Positions 11,568-22,943 of a stretch of 64,000 nt of DNA are shown here, one piece after another. A program made the translations under genes and the position numbers. The notes under the pieces were generated by a model. It was given only the letters and a program-made list of their open reading frames with translations, did not search any database and was not told the DNA's origin. The DNA comes from Felis catus. Taxonomy: Eukaryota. The first letter of the stretch is position 1; every line of letters starts with the position of its first letter. The stretch covers positions 7,006,001 through 7,070,000 of the forward strand of contig NC_058368.1 in assembly GCF_018350175.1 (NCBI RefSeq), given 5' to 3'.

Positions 11568-12250
11568 TGTATGTAGATTCTTTTTTAAAGTACCTCATTA
11601 CTATATTATAGGGATATTTATAACAGAGTTATAATCCACTCATACACCGACATTCTATCCCTGAGGTCTTGTCATCAAAAGACGGACAGCTGGGCAGTTA
11701 ATATAACCACCTGAGCTGCTCAGAGGGCCATATCAAGCATGAGTAATTCCGGACGTGCTGCCCAATGAAAATGGACCCTCTGCCCTCAGCATTAACTCCC
11801 TTGTAACAGACCTGATAGGGCCAAGCGTCAATAACATTGAAAGCTATAAAGTTTTTGAGGAAGCCGTCGGAGCCAGCAACCCCAGCTGTGCGGGGCGTAG
11901 AGGAAGACTTTGGCACCATCTGCGAGAAAAAGCCCCCGGATACATCTGAAGACCTTCAAATTTCCAAATTCTCCCTTTGTGAGGATTTGTTGGTAAGTTC
12001 CAAGGAGCTCGCTGGCCCTGAGAAGATCGGGCAATGTCTCAGGAAGAATGTCATCAATTTCACGAGGAGGGTGAGCGGTCCTTCCCACGGGGCGTTCTGC
12101 TCAACCGTGACTTAGAAATTCAGTTTACAGTCTTGTTGACGTCCATGCACAGCTGGTTGACGGCTTTCACTTTGCTCTACTGGGTTATATCACCTGACCA
12201 AAGAAACCCCCCCACCAAATTCCCAGGCTCAGAGTAGATACCCACCACAG

Positions 12251-12252
<2 letters not shown>

Positions 12253-12282
<30 letters not shown>
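12253..12282. repeat. (GT)n microsatellite
   Basis: Direct reading. Confidence 0.97.
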
Positions 12283-12285
<3 letters not shown>

Positions 12286-12526
12286 GATGCATGTTCTGAA
12301 GGCACCAAAGGGGCATGATGCTGTCTATGGGAACTTATGGATCTGGGTGCATTAGTTCTAACACATTACTCAGTTTCCGGTCGTTGTGATTTTCACCCCC
12401 TCTGAGAATATTGGACGGTCCAGATCTCCTCACCATATTAACAGAAGTCACTAACTTCGGTGCTGTGAGCACAGAAATACAAACCAGACATAGACACTCC
12501 CCTTGAGGGGTTTACCGGGTAAGACT

Positions 12527-12694
12527 GATTCTCAACTTTGGTCACAGGCTGAAACTGCCTGGGGAGCTTTAAAAAAGGCTGGAGCCAGTGTCTCTTAGAG
12601 AGATTCTGACTTCATTGGTCCAGGCTATGGCGTGGGCATTGAGATTTGAAAGCTCCTGATGACTCCAGCATTCATCCGAGGTTGAGAATCATGG
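12527..12694. mobile_element. MER5-type hAT-Charlie MITE
   Basis: Inverted ends tgattctcaac / gttgagaatca; internal agagattctga motif. Confidence 0.75.
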
Positions 12695-12964
12695 CAGCCT
12701 TCCAAAGCCCAGAAGCTAAAGCTCAGGAAGAATTTTCAGCCCTCTAGGAGTGAGTCTACTACTCTATGAATTTTGCGGAAGTGTAATAAAGTTTAAAGTC
12801 ACTGTTCTCTTTTATATACAAACAGACAGACTGATGTGTGTAGGCATGCGCACGTATGTAGATTACCTAAGTAATTCATGTAATTCATTCTTCTTGTAAT
12901 AGATCCAGGGACATAGAAGTAATAAAGTGAAATTTAACTCACTCCCCCCACCTTTTTTTTTTTT

Positions 12965-13180
12965 CCGGCGTAAACAACAGAAATATACTGTCTCCCCTTT
13001 TGGAAACCGTAAGCCTGAGATCCAGGTGATGGCAGGATTCTGACGGCTGTGAAGGAGAATCTGTTCCGTGCTCCTCTTCTGCCGTCTCGTGGCTTCAGGC
13101 GTTCCTGGCTTGTAGATGGGTCTCCCTGTGTCTTCACATGGTCCTCCCTCTGTGTCTGTGTCCAAATTTCCCCCTTTTTA
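12965..13180 (-). mobile_element. MaLR LTR (MLT1-type) fragment
   Basis: taaacaacagaaat...tcttcacatggtcctccctctgtgtctgtgtccaaatttccc. Confidence 0.75.
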
Positions 13181-13194
13181 TTATTATTTTTATA

Positions 13195-13388
13195 GGTTTT
13201 TAAAAATCCATTTACTTATTTTGAGAGAAAGAAAGAGCATGGGAGGGGCAGAGAGAGGGAATCCCAAGCAGGCTCCATACTGTGAGCTCGGAGCCCAATG
13301 CGGGGCTCAAACCCACGAACCGTGAGATCATGACCTGAGCTGAGATCGAGAGTCAGGTGCTTAACTGACTGAGCCCCCCAGGTGCCCC
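13195..13388 (-). mobile_element. CanSINE
   Basis: Full-length, diverged copy. Confidence 0.9.
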
Positions 13389-13399
13389 ATATTCTTGAT

Positions 13400-14045
13400 C
13401 ATTTTTTCCTGAAGCACAGTTGGCCCACGTTGTTCATTAGTGTCGGCGTAGCGATTCGACAAGTCTGTACGTTACACGGCGCTAACACAGCTGTAGCTGG
13501 TACTTGTCCCCACACGGCACAACGATAATACCACTGATTATATGCCTTATGCTGTGCCTTTCATCACTGTGACTTACTCATCCCATAACTGGAAGCCTGT
13601 ATCTTCCCACTTCCCTTTACCCATTTTGTCCATATCCGGCCCCCCTCCCCTCGTAGGCAACCATCGGTGTGTTCTTTGTATTTGTGGGTCTGTTTTGCTT
13701 GTAGATTCCACATATAAATGAAATCATATGGCTTTTGTCTTTCGCTGTCTGACTGCACTTAGCGTGCCTTCTGGGTCCATCCACGTTGTCATAAGTGACA
13801 AGGTCTAATTTTTTTTTTTATGACTGATATATACCACTCACATGTACCTCTCCTTCTTCATCCACGCATCTATCCGTGGACACTTAGGTTGCTTCCATAT
13901 CATGGCTGTTGTAAATAATGCTGCAAAAAACATAGGGGGGCATATCTCTCTTTGAATTAGTGTTTGCGTTTTCTTTGGGTAAAAATACCCTGTAATGGAA
14001 TTACTGCATCATAGTATATTTTTATTCTTATTCTTTTGAGGAACC
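13400..14045 (-). mobile_element. L1 3' end (L1MA/carnivore-type)
   Basis: 3'UTR and ORF2-end similarity (gacacttaggttgcttccatatc...). Confidence 0.8.
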
Positions 14046-14194
14046 CTTTATTCCCCGCCTCCACACTAGCTCCCTAGCTGTTACCACTGTCCCCCAGGCC
14101 CCCTTTCTGTGCATTTTAAGCACATGTACATGACCTACATACCTGCAAAAGAGAGATCAGCGTACCTAACTTAATTTTTAATAAAAATGAACAC

Positions 14195-14646
14195 TTTTTT
14201 TTCAATATATGAAGTTTATTGTCAAATTGGTTTCCATACAACACCCAGTGCTCATCCCAAAAGGCGCCCTCCTCAATACCCATCACCCACCCTCCGCTCC
14301 CTCCCACCCCCCATCAACCCTCAGTTTGTTCTCAGTTTTTAAGAGTCTCTTATGCTTTGGCTCTCGCCCACTCTACCCTCTTTTTTTTTTTCCTTCCCCT
14401 CCCCCATGGGTTTCTGTTAAGTTTCTCAGGATCCACATAAGAGTGGAACCATATGGTATCTGTCTTTCTCTGTATGGCTTATTTCGCTTAGCATCACACT
14501 CTCCATTTCCATCCACGTTGCTACAAAGGGCCATATTTCATTCTTTCTCATTGCCACGTAGTACTCCATTGTGTATATAAATGACAGTTTCTTCATTCAT
14601 CAGTTGATGGACATTTAGGCTCTTTCCATAATTTGGCTATTGTTGA
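14195..14646 (-). mobile_element. Felid-type L1 3' end, 5'-truncated
   Basis: Poly-T start, felid L1 3'UTR; TSD core gaacact at 14189 and 14647. Confidence 0.88.
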
Positions 14647-15760
14647 GAACACTCTTTTTTTTTTTTATAGCCACACTTTTTGACGACCCTTCAGTGCTAT
14701 CGGCGGTCTGGTACAGATCTTCTCTGCCTGACTTACCCTCTCTGCTGTGTGCACTTAGCCATTTCTGGTTTGCACCGACGTAAACACTCTCAGAGCGGTA
14801 TCGCGGCAACACAAGTAGTCAACCAAGCAAAATGAAAACCACGATTCAGAATCTCATTAAGGTTTAGTGAAGAACTTAGCTCTGAATGTCCAGGAAGACC
14901 AGAAACCTCTATTTTAAAAACGAGAAGCCACTTCTGACTCAATGAAATGCTGAGGCAGGCTTCGGGGCAAAACATCGGAGAGAGGTTGTCCTGGAAGACA
15001 AGCATGGTTTTTACTGGAAACCATAAAAAAAACAAAGCAAACGAACAAACCAAAATCCCTGAGCATGAACATTTTTGAGTGGGAGGAAAAGAATGACAAA
15101 CAATTCATTAGACCGAAAAGAAAGAAGTTAGCAGGGGCGCGGCCGTGAGCAGACATCCTCGCAAAACCCTTCAGATCCCCTTCCTTATCTTATTTGGAGG
15201 GGAGGGTTAATCTGTTAATCACTTGGGGCGACTAAAGTGAAGGCGAGGTGGGAGGCCAGAGGTGGGAGGCCACCACGATCCCTCCTCCGTCGCGTCGCGT
15301 CGCTGGTCTGATGAGCAAGTGAGGGTTAGGTGGGGCTCTAACCAGGAGCCCCTGCTGTTGTGGTAAGTGTCAGCTGCTTCCGGGGACCCCCAGGGGGCAG
15401 TAGGTTTTCCAGGATGGGGCGCCCCCGTGTAAGCGTGCCCTCAGACGTTTGTCCCATCCGAAGGAAACGATCATACCCATGCCCTGGCATGGTGTGGGAG
15501 GCATCGGTTTAGAAGCTGATGGAGTCAAAACACGCTGAGTTCCGGGGAGGTGACAGCAAACACAACACAGCAGAGGTGACTCGAGAGCCTCTGCGAGGAA
15601 TTCTCTGGTGCTTGAGCCCGGGACGCTGGCTGAGGCTAGCGAGTCAGGGTCTAACGCTATAGCTTATCAGGCGTATTATACTGGATGTGCTTGTTCTAGA
15701 ACGTAGCTGCTTGGGGGTTAGTCATGGATTTTTTTTTTTTTTTTAAAGAATTCTTTCTCC

Positions 15761-15890
15761 TGGAGCTCCTGGATGGGTCCGTTGGTTAAACATCTGACTC
15801 TTGATTTAGGCTCAGGTCATGATCTCACGGTTCCTGAGATTGAGCCCTGTGTTGGGCTCTGAGCTGAGTGTGGGACCTGCTTAAGATTTC
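15761..15890 (+). mobile_element. Older short CanSINE
   Basis: Diverged head and body ending ctgcttaagatt. Confidence 0.75.
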
Positions 15891-16407
15891 CCCCAAGAAA
15901 CAGATAAAAGGAGGGAAAACAATCAGGTTTCCAAGTCAGGTACTTTGATTCGCCCAATATTTTTTCTCTTCTAGGAGGTAACTGGAGTACGACATCTGGG
16001 GGGATACACCCAACATACTTGACGTGAACTCCTAGCCCGAGCGGGAGTTCCTGAAGCTTCTGGCTGGACACCGCTCCCCCCTGTCCGGTGCTACATTCAC
16101 ACGGACAGAGCGCTGTCACCAAAGGCTGCAGAGGAATTCATCTGGAAAAACACAGGGAATTAATTGGCATTAAAAGCTTGCTCCAAATCCCCACTTTAGG
16201 CAAGTTTGAACTTTTACCTTTTTCTAAATGCTTACCAGGGGTGCTTGTGGAAAATAAAATCGTTCTCTTCCTGCCTTCTAGAAAACACGCCTAACAGCAG
16301 TGGCAAGGTCCCAAGGGGGATAGGAGGGAGAGGTCAAAAGGCAAAATGCCCGTGTGGGTAATCTGTAAACTGCCTCCAGAATGTCACGGCTTTGTTTTTA
16401 TTACTAT

Positions 16408-16589
16408 TATTTTTAATGTTTGTTTATTTTTATGAGAGAGCACAAGTGGGGAAGGGGTACAGAGAGGGGGACAGAGGATCTGAATGGGCCCCACACGGAG
16501 AGCCTGAGGCAGGGCTCAAACCATGAACCGTGAGATCGGAGCCTGAGCCAAAGTCGTACGCTTAACCGACTCAGCCATCCAGGCACCCC
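16408..16589 (-). mobile_element. CanSINE
   Basis: Diverged copy. Confidence 0.88.
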
Positions 16590-16621
16590 ATGGCCTCGTT
16601 TTATCCTGTTATCTCTCTCTC

Positions 16622-16840
16622 TTTTTTTTTAAATTATTTTTTAATGTTTATTTGAGAGAGAGTGAGAGAGAGAGCATTAGCAAGGGAGGGGCAGAGAGAA
16701 AGGGAGACACAGAATCCGAAGCAGGCTCCAGGCTGTGAGCTGTCAGCACAGAGCCCGATGCGGGGCTCAAACTCACGCACCGTGAGATTGTGACCTGAGC
16801 CGAAATCGATGCTTAACCGACTGAGCCACCCAGGCGCCCC
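16622..16840 (-). mobile_element. CanSINE
   Basis: Full length. Confidence 0.95.
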
Positions 16841-17092
16841 ATAAAGGAACACACTTTTGGTAATGCTGCTCAAAAAACCATGTAGGTTCTGCAGAAATTA
16901 AATTAAATGAAATGAAAGGCTTCTGGATCCAAGATCAATATAAAAGCAATTACATTTTGATATAATAGCAACAGAGGACGGCATAGAAATCCCCCAAACA
17001 AATAAAACTAAATGTTTACAAGACTTCTGTGGTCTTTATTGAAATGTGTGAAAGCAGACCCAGAGGAACAGACAGATTAGAACAGACTTGGA

Positions 17093-17313
17093 GGGGTGCC
17101 TGGGTGGCTCAGTTAAGCATCCGACTCTTGGTATCAGCTCAGGTCATGATCTCACGGTTCATGAGTTCAAGCCCTGCATCAGCCTCTGTGCTGACAGCAC
17201 TGAGCCTGCTTGGGATTCTCTCTCTCCCTCTCTCTCTGCCCCACCCCTGTTTGCACACTCTCTCTCTCCTTCTCTCTCTCTCTCAAAAATAAATAAATAA
17301 GCATTAAAAAAAA
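17093..17313 (+). mobile_element. CanSINE
   Basis: Full length; TSD agaacagacttgga / agaacagatgtgga. Confidence 0.95.
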
Positions 17314-17321
17314 GAACAGAT

Positions 17322-17550
17322 GGGGCGCCTGGGTGGCGCAGTCGGTTAAGCGTCCGACTTTGGCCAGGTCATGATCTCGCGGTCCATGAGTTCGAGCCCC
17401 GCGTCGGGCTCTGGGCTGATGGCTCAGAGCCCGGAGCCTGTTTCTGATTCTGTGTCTCCCTCCCTCTCTGCCCCTCCCTCGTTCATGCTCTGTCTCTCTC
17501 TGTCCCAAAAATAAATAAAAAACGTTGAAAAAAAAATTAAAAAAAAAAAA
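17322..17550 (+). mobile_element. Young CanSINE (GGCGCAG / GCCAGG variant)
   Basis: TSD aaaaaaagaacagat. Confidence 0.96.
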
Positions 17551-17647
17551 AGAACAGATGTGGATTAGAGACTTGATGTTTTAAAGATGTCAATCTCACT
17601 CTAGTTAATCTAGAGAGTCAATAAAATCTCAATTAAAAAAACCCAGC

Positions 17648-17853
17648 TGGGTGGCTGGGTCGGCTAAGCATCCAACTTCGGCTCAGGTCATGATCTCGCA
17701 CTTTGTGGGTTCGAGCCCTGCATCGAGCTCTGTGCTGATAGCTCAGAGCCTGGAACCTGCTTCTGATTCTGTGTCTCCCTGTCTCTCTGCCCTTCCCCCA
17801 CTCACACTCTGTCTCTCTCTCTCTCAAAAATAAAAAAAAACATTAAAAAAAAA
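17648..17853 (+). mobile_element. CanSINE
   Basis: Near full length. Confidence 0.92.
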
Positions 17854-19439
17854 CCAGATTAGTTCTCCAGAACCCCAGAATCTGACTCTGGAATGTATGG
17901 AGAGAATGCAAAAGCCTAGTGAGAGTCGGGACCGTGGTCCTTGTCGGGGGGAGCGAGAAGGAGTCCAGGGAGGGATGCATGAGCCACTAAGGAAAGGGCG
18001 GTGCTCTCTCTCTCTCTCTCTTAATCTGGGTGGTGATGAGTTTGGTTGTCTGGGAAAGAGCTGGGCTGAAGAGGGGGGTGGGTTAGGAGGCCAGTGCATG
18101 ATCCAGGCAAGAAGTGATGAGGGCAATGGGGGAGAAAACGCAGAGGCAAGGGCATCGTGAACCCCCCGGGGGGTCGACCTCAGGGCTTCAGCAACAGGTG
18201 TTGCACTGGATGAGCACGAGGGGATTGTCCAGAACATCTAGGGACTCTGTGGTTTCCTGCTAGGAGACCAGATGGTCCGTGGTGGGGAGCGTGGCCGGGT
18301 AATGGTTTGGAAGGGATGATACATCCTGTTTAGGGCACGTTGAATTTGGGGTCCTCGTGGGAGCGTCCGAATGGATTGTTCAGTAGTCGGTCAGATAGAA
18401 GGATCTGAGCTCCACAGGGCCAGAAGCCAGCTGCCATTGCAAGGTGTCCAACCCCTAAACATTGCCCCGAGTACCTCCTTCTTTCTACTTGACAGGAGAG
18501 GCCAGAAAATCCATCCCCCTCCCCGCGTCTCACACCAATAATTTTGCAGACGGAGTCCCTGGGAGGGCCTCCTCTCGTGGCTCATCTTCCTTTCCCCAAA
18601 CACAGAGCTTAATGGTTTTTCAGGCTCTTTTCCCCTCAGTTATAATGTGGAACTGCTCAGCCTGGTGTTTAAGAAGCTCATTTCTGACACAAACCTTATT
18701 AGAAATCTAATTCCTTCACTGTGAACAGGGATGCAGTGGCTTGGGCTTCCCGAGCTACCCGGAGGAGGGAGCCTGAAGCTACCAGGAAGCAGGAAGAGCA
18801 GGGAGAGCAAAAGAAAAGAGAAAAGAAAAAAGAGAAAAGAAAAGAGAGAGCCCCAGGGCCTGGCTCGAGACGTGAGGGGGGCTCCTTCAGTTCTTTGGGC
18901 ACCTACCTGGGACTCCGCAATGAGGTCCGCTAATGCACCTGCCACCCTGGGGAGGAACGATCATGGGCTCTTTGAGAGAGAGGGGGGTCCTCCCTCCACC
19001 TCCCGAGCCAGCCCAGGGCCTTTCGATGAAGAAGCAGAGCCCAGCCCGCGAAGTGACTTGCTAAGAAGACAAAGCTAGAGGTGGAATCCGAGCTGGGGCC
19101 TGGGGCAGGGGTGGCGAAGCCAGGGCCCTGGGGCTCCCGACTTAGGGAGCTGCTCAGCCTGCGTCTGCATGACCCCGACAGTGATGTCTCCTTATGTTCT
19201 GCACCCTTGACCCTTCTCATGCCTTGACTTAGCCCCCACGCCGTGGTCACAGACACAGGGCAAAAACCCAGGGATCCTGAAGACGCATTCAGGGTTCGCT
19301 CTGCTGTAGCACACTCTGTGGGGTCATCTTTCACAACTCGGCTCAAAATTCCTCCTCCGCGAAGCTGTCCCCAGTTCACCCAGATGCCCCTGGGACTCCC
19401 CCTCTTCTCCCGGGCACTCTGCTCGTCCTTACCTTAAAG

Positions 19440-19565
19440 TGTGGATCGTGTTAAGGCTTCTGTGGCTGTCTCATCCGACTGCATCCCAGAATGCTCGCTA
19501 GAGCACAGAGCTTGATGTATACGTGAATTAAAAAATGTTAGTTCAATGGCGAATGAATGAATGAG
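19440..19565 (+). mobile_element. L2 3' end
   Basis: Ends in (GAAT)n tail typical of L2. Confidence 0.55.
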
Positions 19566-20273
19566 TGGCTACCTCTCAGGGCCGAGCCGTTTGCCCCTTG
19601 TAATGTAGGGATGCAACCCGGGAATGGGGTGCTGGGGACAAAGCTGGTCACAGGGGCCGAGCCACCTGGTAGTGTGGCTCTCCCTGCTCTCTGCAGGCAT
19701 GCCTCCAGCCTCCCTGGAACCTTCTCCCGGCTGGACTCTGTGGGGGGACGGGTCTTGCCTGCGCAGCTCTCCTCTCTGCCCCAGTTCGCTGGATTCTTTC
19801 CAACCCCTCCCCCCCAGCAAACCTTGCCCACTGCCTGCCTCTCAGGCTGTTTCCACCCCAGAGGGAGAAGCCCCCCCACTCTCTCCCAGGAGAGCCCAGG
19901 CAGTGCTGAGTGCCAAGCGCTGAGCACGGAAGCACACGACAGGGCCATTCCTGATGTGTTCACCTAACTGGCGAGAGCAGGGATGTTAAGAAGTCCTGGT
20001 CCTAAGAGAAGTCAGCGCCTAATCCTCACCCCTGGGCTTCACATTTGTCTCTTGAGTTAGGGGCTTTGGTTGTCAATCAGACCCTTTATCAATCACATGC
20101 CCAGTGACAACCCATCTCAGGCTTTGTCAGAATAGCCCCAAAGAAGCAGCCCTGAAGCCGAGACATATAACAAAGTCCCCTAATTCTGCACCCTGCCTCA
20201 GCAGAACCCCTCTGGACCGTATTCTGTTGGGTGGTCTTCTCAGTCTTTTTGGGAACTGCCACGCCCATACCCT

Positions 20274-20316
20274 ATCCATGCATCCATCCATCCGTCCATG
20301 CATCCATCCATCTATC
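20274..20316. repeat. Imperfect (CCAT)n microsatellite
   Basis: Direct reading. Confidence 0.85.
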
Positions 20317-20342
20317 CCTGGAGGCCGCCATGTTTAAAAACC

Positions 20343-20552
20343 TTTTTTTTTAATGTTTATTTATTTTAGAGAGAGACAGAGCAGAAGCAGGGGAGCGGCG
20401 GAGAGAGAGAGAGGGAGACACAGAATCCGAAGCAGGCCCCAGGCTCTCAGCCACCAGCACAGAGCCCAACGCGGGGCTTGAACCCACGAACCGCGAGATC
20501 ATGAGCTGAGCCAAAGCCGGATGCTCAACCCACTGAGCCACCCAGGCGCCCC
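20343..20552 (-). mobile_element. CanSINE
   Basis: TSD gaggccgccatgttt / gaggctgccatgttt. Confidence 0.95.
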
Positions 20553-21457
20553 AGAGGCTGCCATGTTTTTAACAATGCAACCAGGCTTCCTTCTAGAGTC
20601 ACTTAGCCCCCGGCGTGGGCAAACTACAAAATCTGAGCCATCCTCTCACAAAGGAGCTTACCACCGGGCCTGACAGAAAACTCAGTCTCTCTTTCTCCGG
20701 GAGGCTAACCGTGGTGTGGACGTTGTTGGCCACTTCCGTTTGCAGCTATGGGGTCTGAGAGACAGAGAAAGCGGATCCAAAAGAGAGAAATGAAGCAAAT
20801 TGCAGAGGGAAGCAGAGACAAGGACCCGAGGGGGTGGTGTCGAAGCTCCTCCATGATTCCATTTCCAGTTTAGGTTCCTGGGTCCAGCATCAACTCTGCT
20901 CTTGGCTTCCACGGATAGCCTAGCATCCTGGGCTCCCCTAGGTCATGGTGGGGTTCTGTTCCTTGCAGTTGGAAAAGTCCTAGTGGACTCGGTCTCAGCA
21001 CAAGGTCTTTTGGTAGCCCCTCTACCCTGACATTGGGGCCCAATCCTGCAGCAGGGTTGGGACCCTGTTGTGTGGCAGGCCTAGGGTCCTCGAGGCTCTG
21101 AGCTGCAGCTTTGCCTCTTCTCACCCTAGACGTGTGGCCGAGTCTTGCCTCTTCTGACTGGCTTCCTTGGGGTGACTGCTGGCCCTGGGCCTCCACGCTC
21201 TGCCCAACTGTGGGGACACCAGCTCTTCGGTTGGACCTCCCTTGTCTACCGTTGTGTCCCCAGAACCTCCCACTTGGCTGCCTTCAACCTACTTTCAGCA
21301 TCTGGTTTTGGATCACTTTCCCCAGGGGTTTCTTTCCCAAGATTCCCTCTGCTGTCCTAACAGTGATGTACATCCTGGGGACAAAGCCTCACAGAGTCCT
21401 AAGATAAACAATCTGCTTGTTCGTGTCTTACGTTTCTTTAAAACAAAGAGGAGGTTT

Positions 21458-21655
21458 GGGGCCCGGGTGGCCCAGTCGGTGAAGCGTCCGACCTCGGCTC
21501 AGCTCACGATCTTGCAATTTCTAAGTTCAAGCCCCTCGTCAGGCTCCGTGCCGACTGCTCAGAGCCCGGAGCCCACTTCGGATTCTGTGTCTCCCTCTCT
21601 CTCTCTGCCCCTCCCCTGCTCGTACTGTGTCTCTCTCTCAGAAATAAAAGAAATG
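21458..21655 (+). mobile_element. CanSINE
   Basis: Full-length, diverged copy. Confidence 0.92.
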
Positions 21656-22486
21656 TTAATGTTTTTTTTTTTAATTAGGAGGAGGCTTGTCACTCAATCT
21701 CTTGAAAAGGGTAATGGAAGATCACGATTAGTACCAGAGGCCTGACAGTTTTAGAAACTGAGCGGAACCACTGTGCTCCCCCCACCCTGTGCCCACGGCC
21801 CAGCAAGGGGTGGACAGATGTGCTGTGGTCTCTTCCAGGGCAATGAAAGTGGCCCCTGCCATGGGGTCCAGGACAGGCTGGGTGCTCGAAGGCTCCCTTC
21901 AGACAGAGGACAGGTGTGGTGTGAGTCAACCTGGACTTTGCTCGGCAGTGTGCTCACGGGACATCGAGGGACAGGAGCTGTGGGCTGTACCCCGGGGTGT
22001 CTGTGGCTCTGTCTCCTTCCCACCGAGAGAATTTGAGCTGGCCTGGCCCCGAGGAGGCAGGCATCCTAATTCTGGCGAGATCTAAAATACAGAGGTAGAG
22101 AAATGGCATTTGTTTTAACTTTTTACTTGGAGGTAATGTCGAGTTTACAGAAAAACTGCAAAAAATAAGAATAGTACAAAGGATGTCTTACACACCTTTT
22201 ACTTAGAGTCGCCGTATTGGTAACATTTTAACCCATCGGCTTTACTGTCCTATTTTCTTTGTCCCCCTGCTCCCTTCTTTCTTCCTCTCTCTCAATTTTT
22301 TTCAGAACCCATTGGGAGTAAGCTACATAACACCAAGGACCTTTGCTCTGGAATACTTCAATGTGTTTTCCAAGAACGAGGATATTCATTTACACAAACC
22401 CAGAATCGTCAGGTTCATACTTTTAACTCAGTCTACTGTTCATCTCCCAAATTTTGTCAGTTGGCTCAATAATGTACTTTACTCCA

Positions 22487-22687
22487 GGGGCTCCTGGGTG
22501 GCTCAGTCGGTTAGGCGACCGACTTCGGCTCAGGTCATGATTTGCAGTTTGCGGGTTTGGGCCCCGCATCGGGCTCTGTGCTGATGGCTCAGAGCCTGGA
22601 GCCTGCTTCCGATTCTGTGTCTCCCTCTCTCTCTGCCCCTCCCTGCCTTGCGCTCTGTCTCTCAGAAATAAATAAACATTAAAAAAT
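22487..22687 (+). mobile_element. CanSINE
   Basis: TSD core ctttactcca. Confidence 0.95.
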
Positions 22688-22827
22688 ATATATATACCTA
22701 TAATGGGCTTTACTCCAGGCCAGGCTCCAGCCTAGGATCAGGTATTCTGTTTAGTTGTGATGTCTCTTTAGCTTCTTTTAATCTGGAACATTTCCTCGGC
22801 CTTTATCTTTTATGACAGCAACATTTT

Positions 22828-22943
22828 GTTTTAAGTAGGCGGCACAGCCACCGCAGAGCCCCAGGCGGGGCTTGAACTTACGACCCTGAGATCAAGACCT
22901 GAGCGGAGGTCAAGAGTCGGACACTCAGCCGACTGAGCCACCC
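22828..22943 (-). mobile_element. Short CanSINE lacking (CT)n region
   Basis: Perfect 16-bp TSD atgacagcaacatttt at 22812-22827 and 22944-22959. Confidence 0.9.

Larger units (their letters stand above)
10704..12395 (+). mobile_element. Candidate pogo/Tigger (TcMar, DDE_1) transposon fossil
   Basis: 11221-11337 translates WPEGIFKK...RDFIPVKERLKVERHAD; 11780 onward LPSALTPL*QT**GQASITLKAIKFLRK; degenerate inverted ends 10704-10732 and 12366-12395. Confidence 0.45.
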
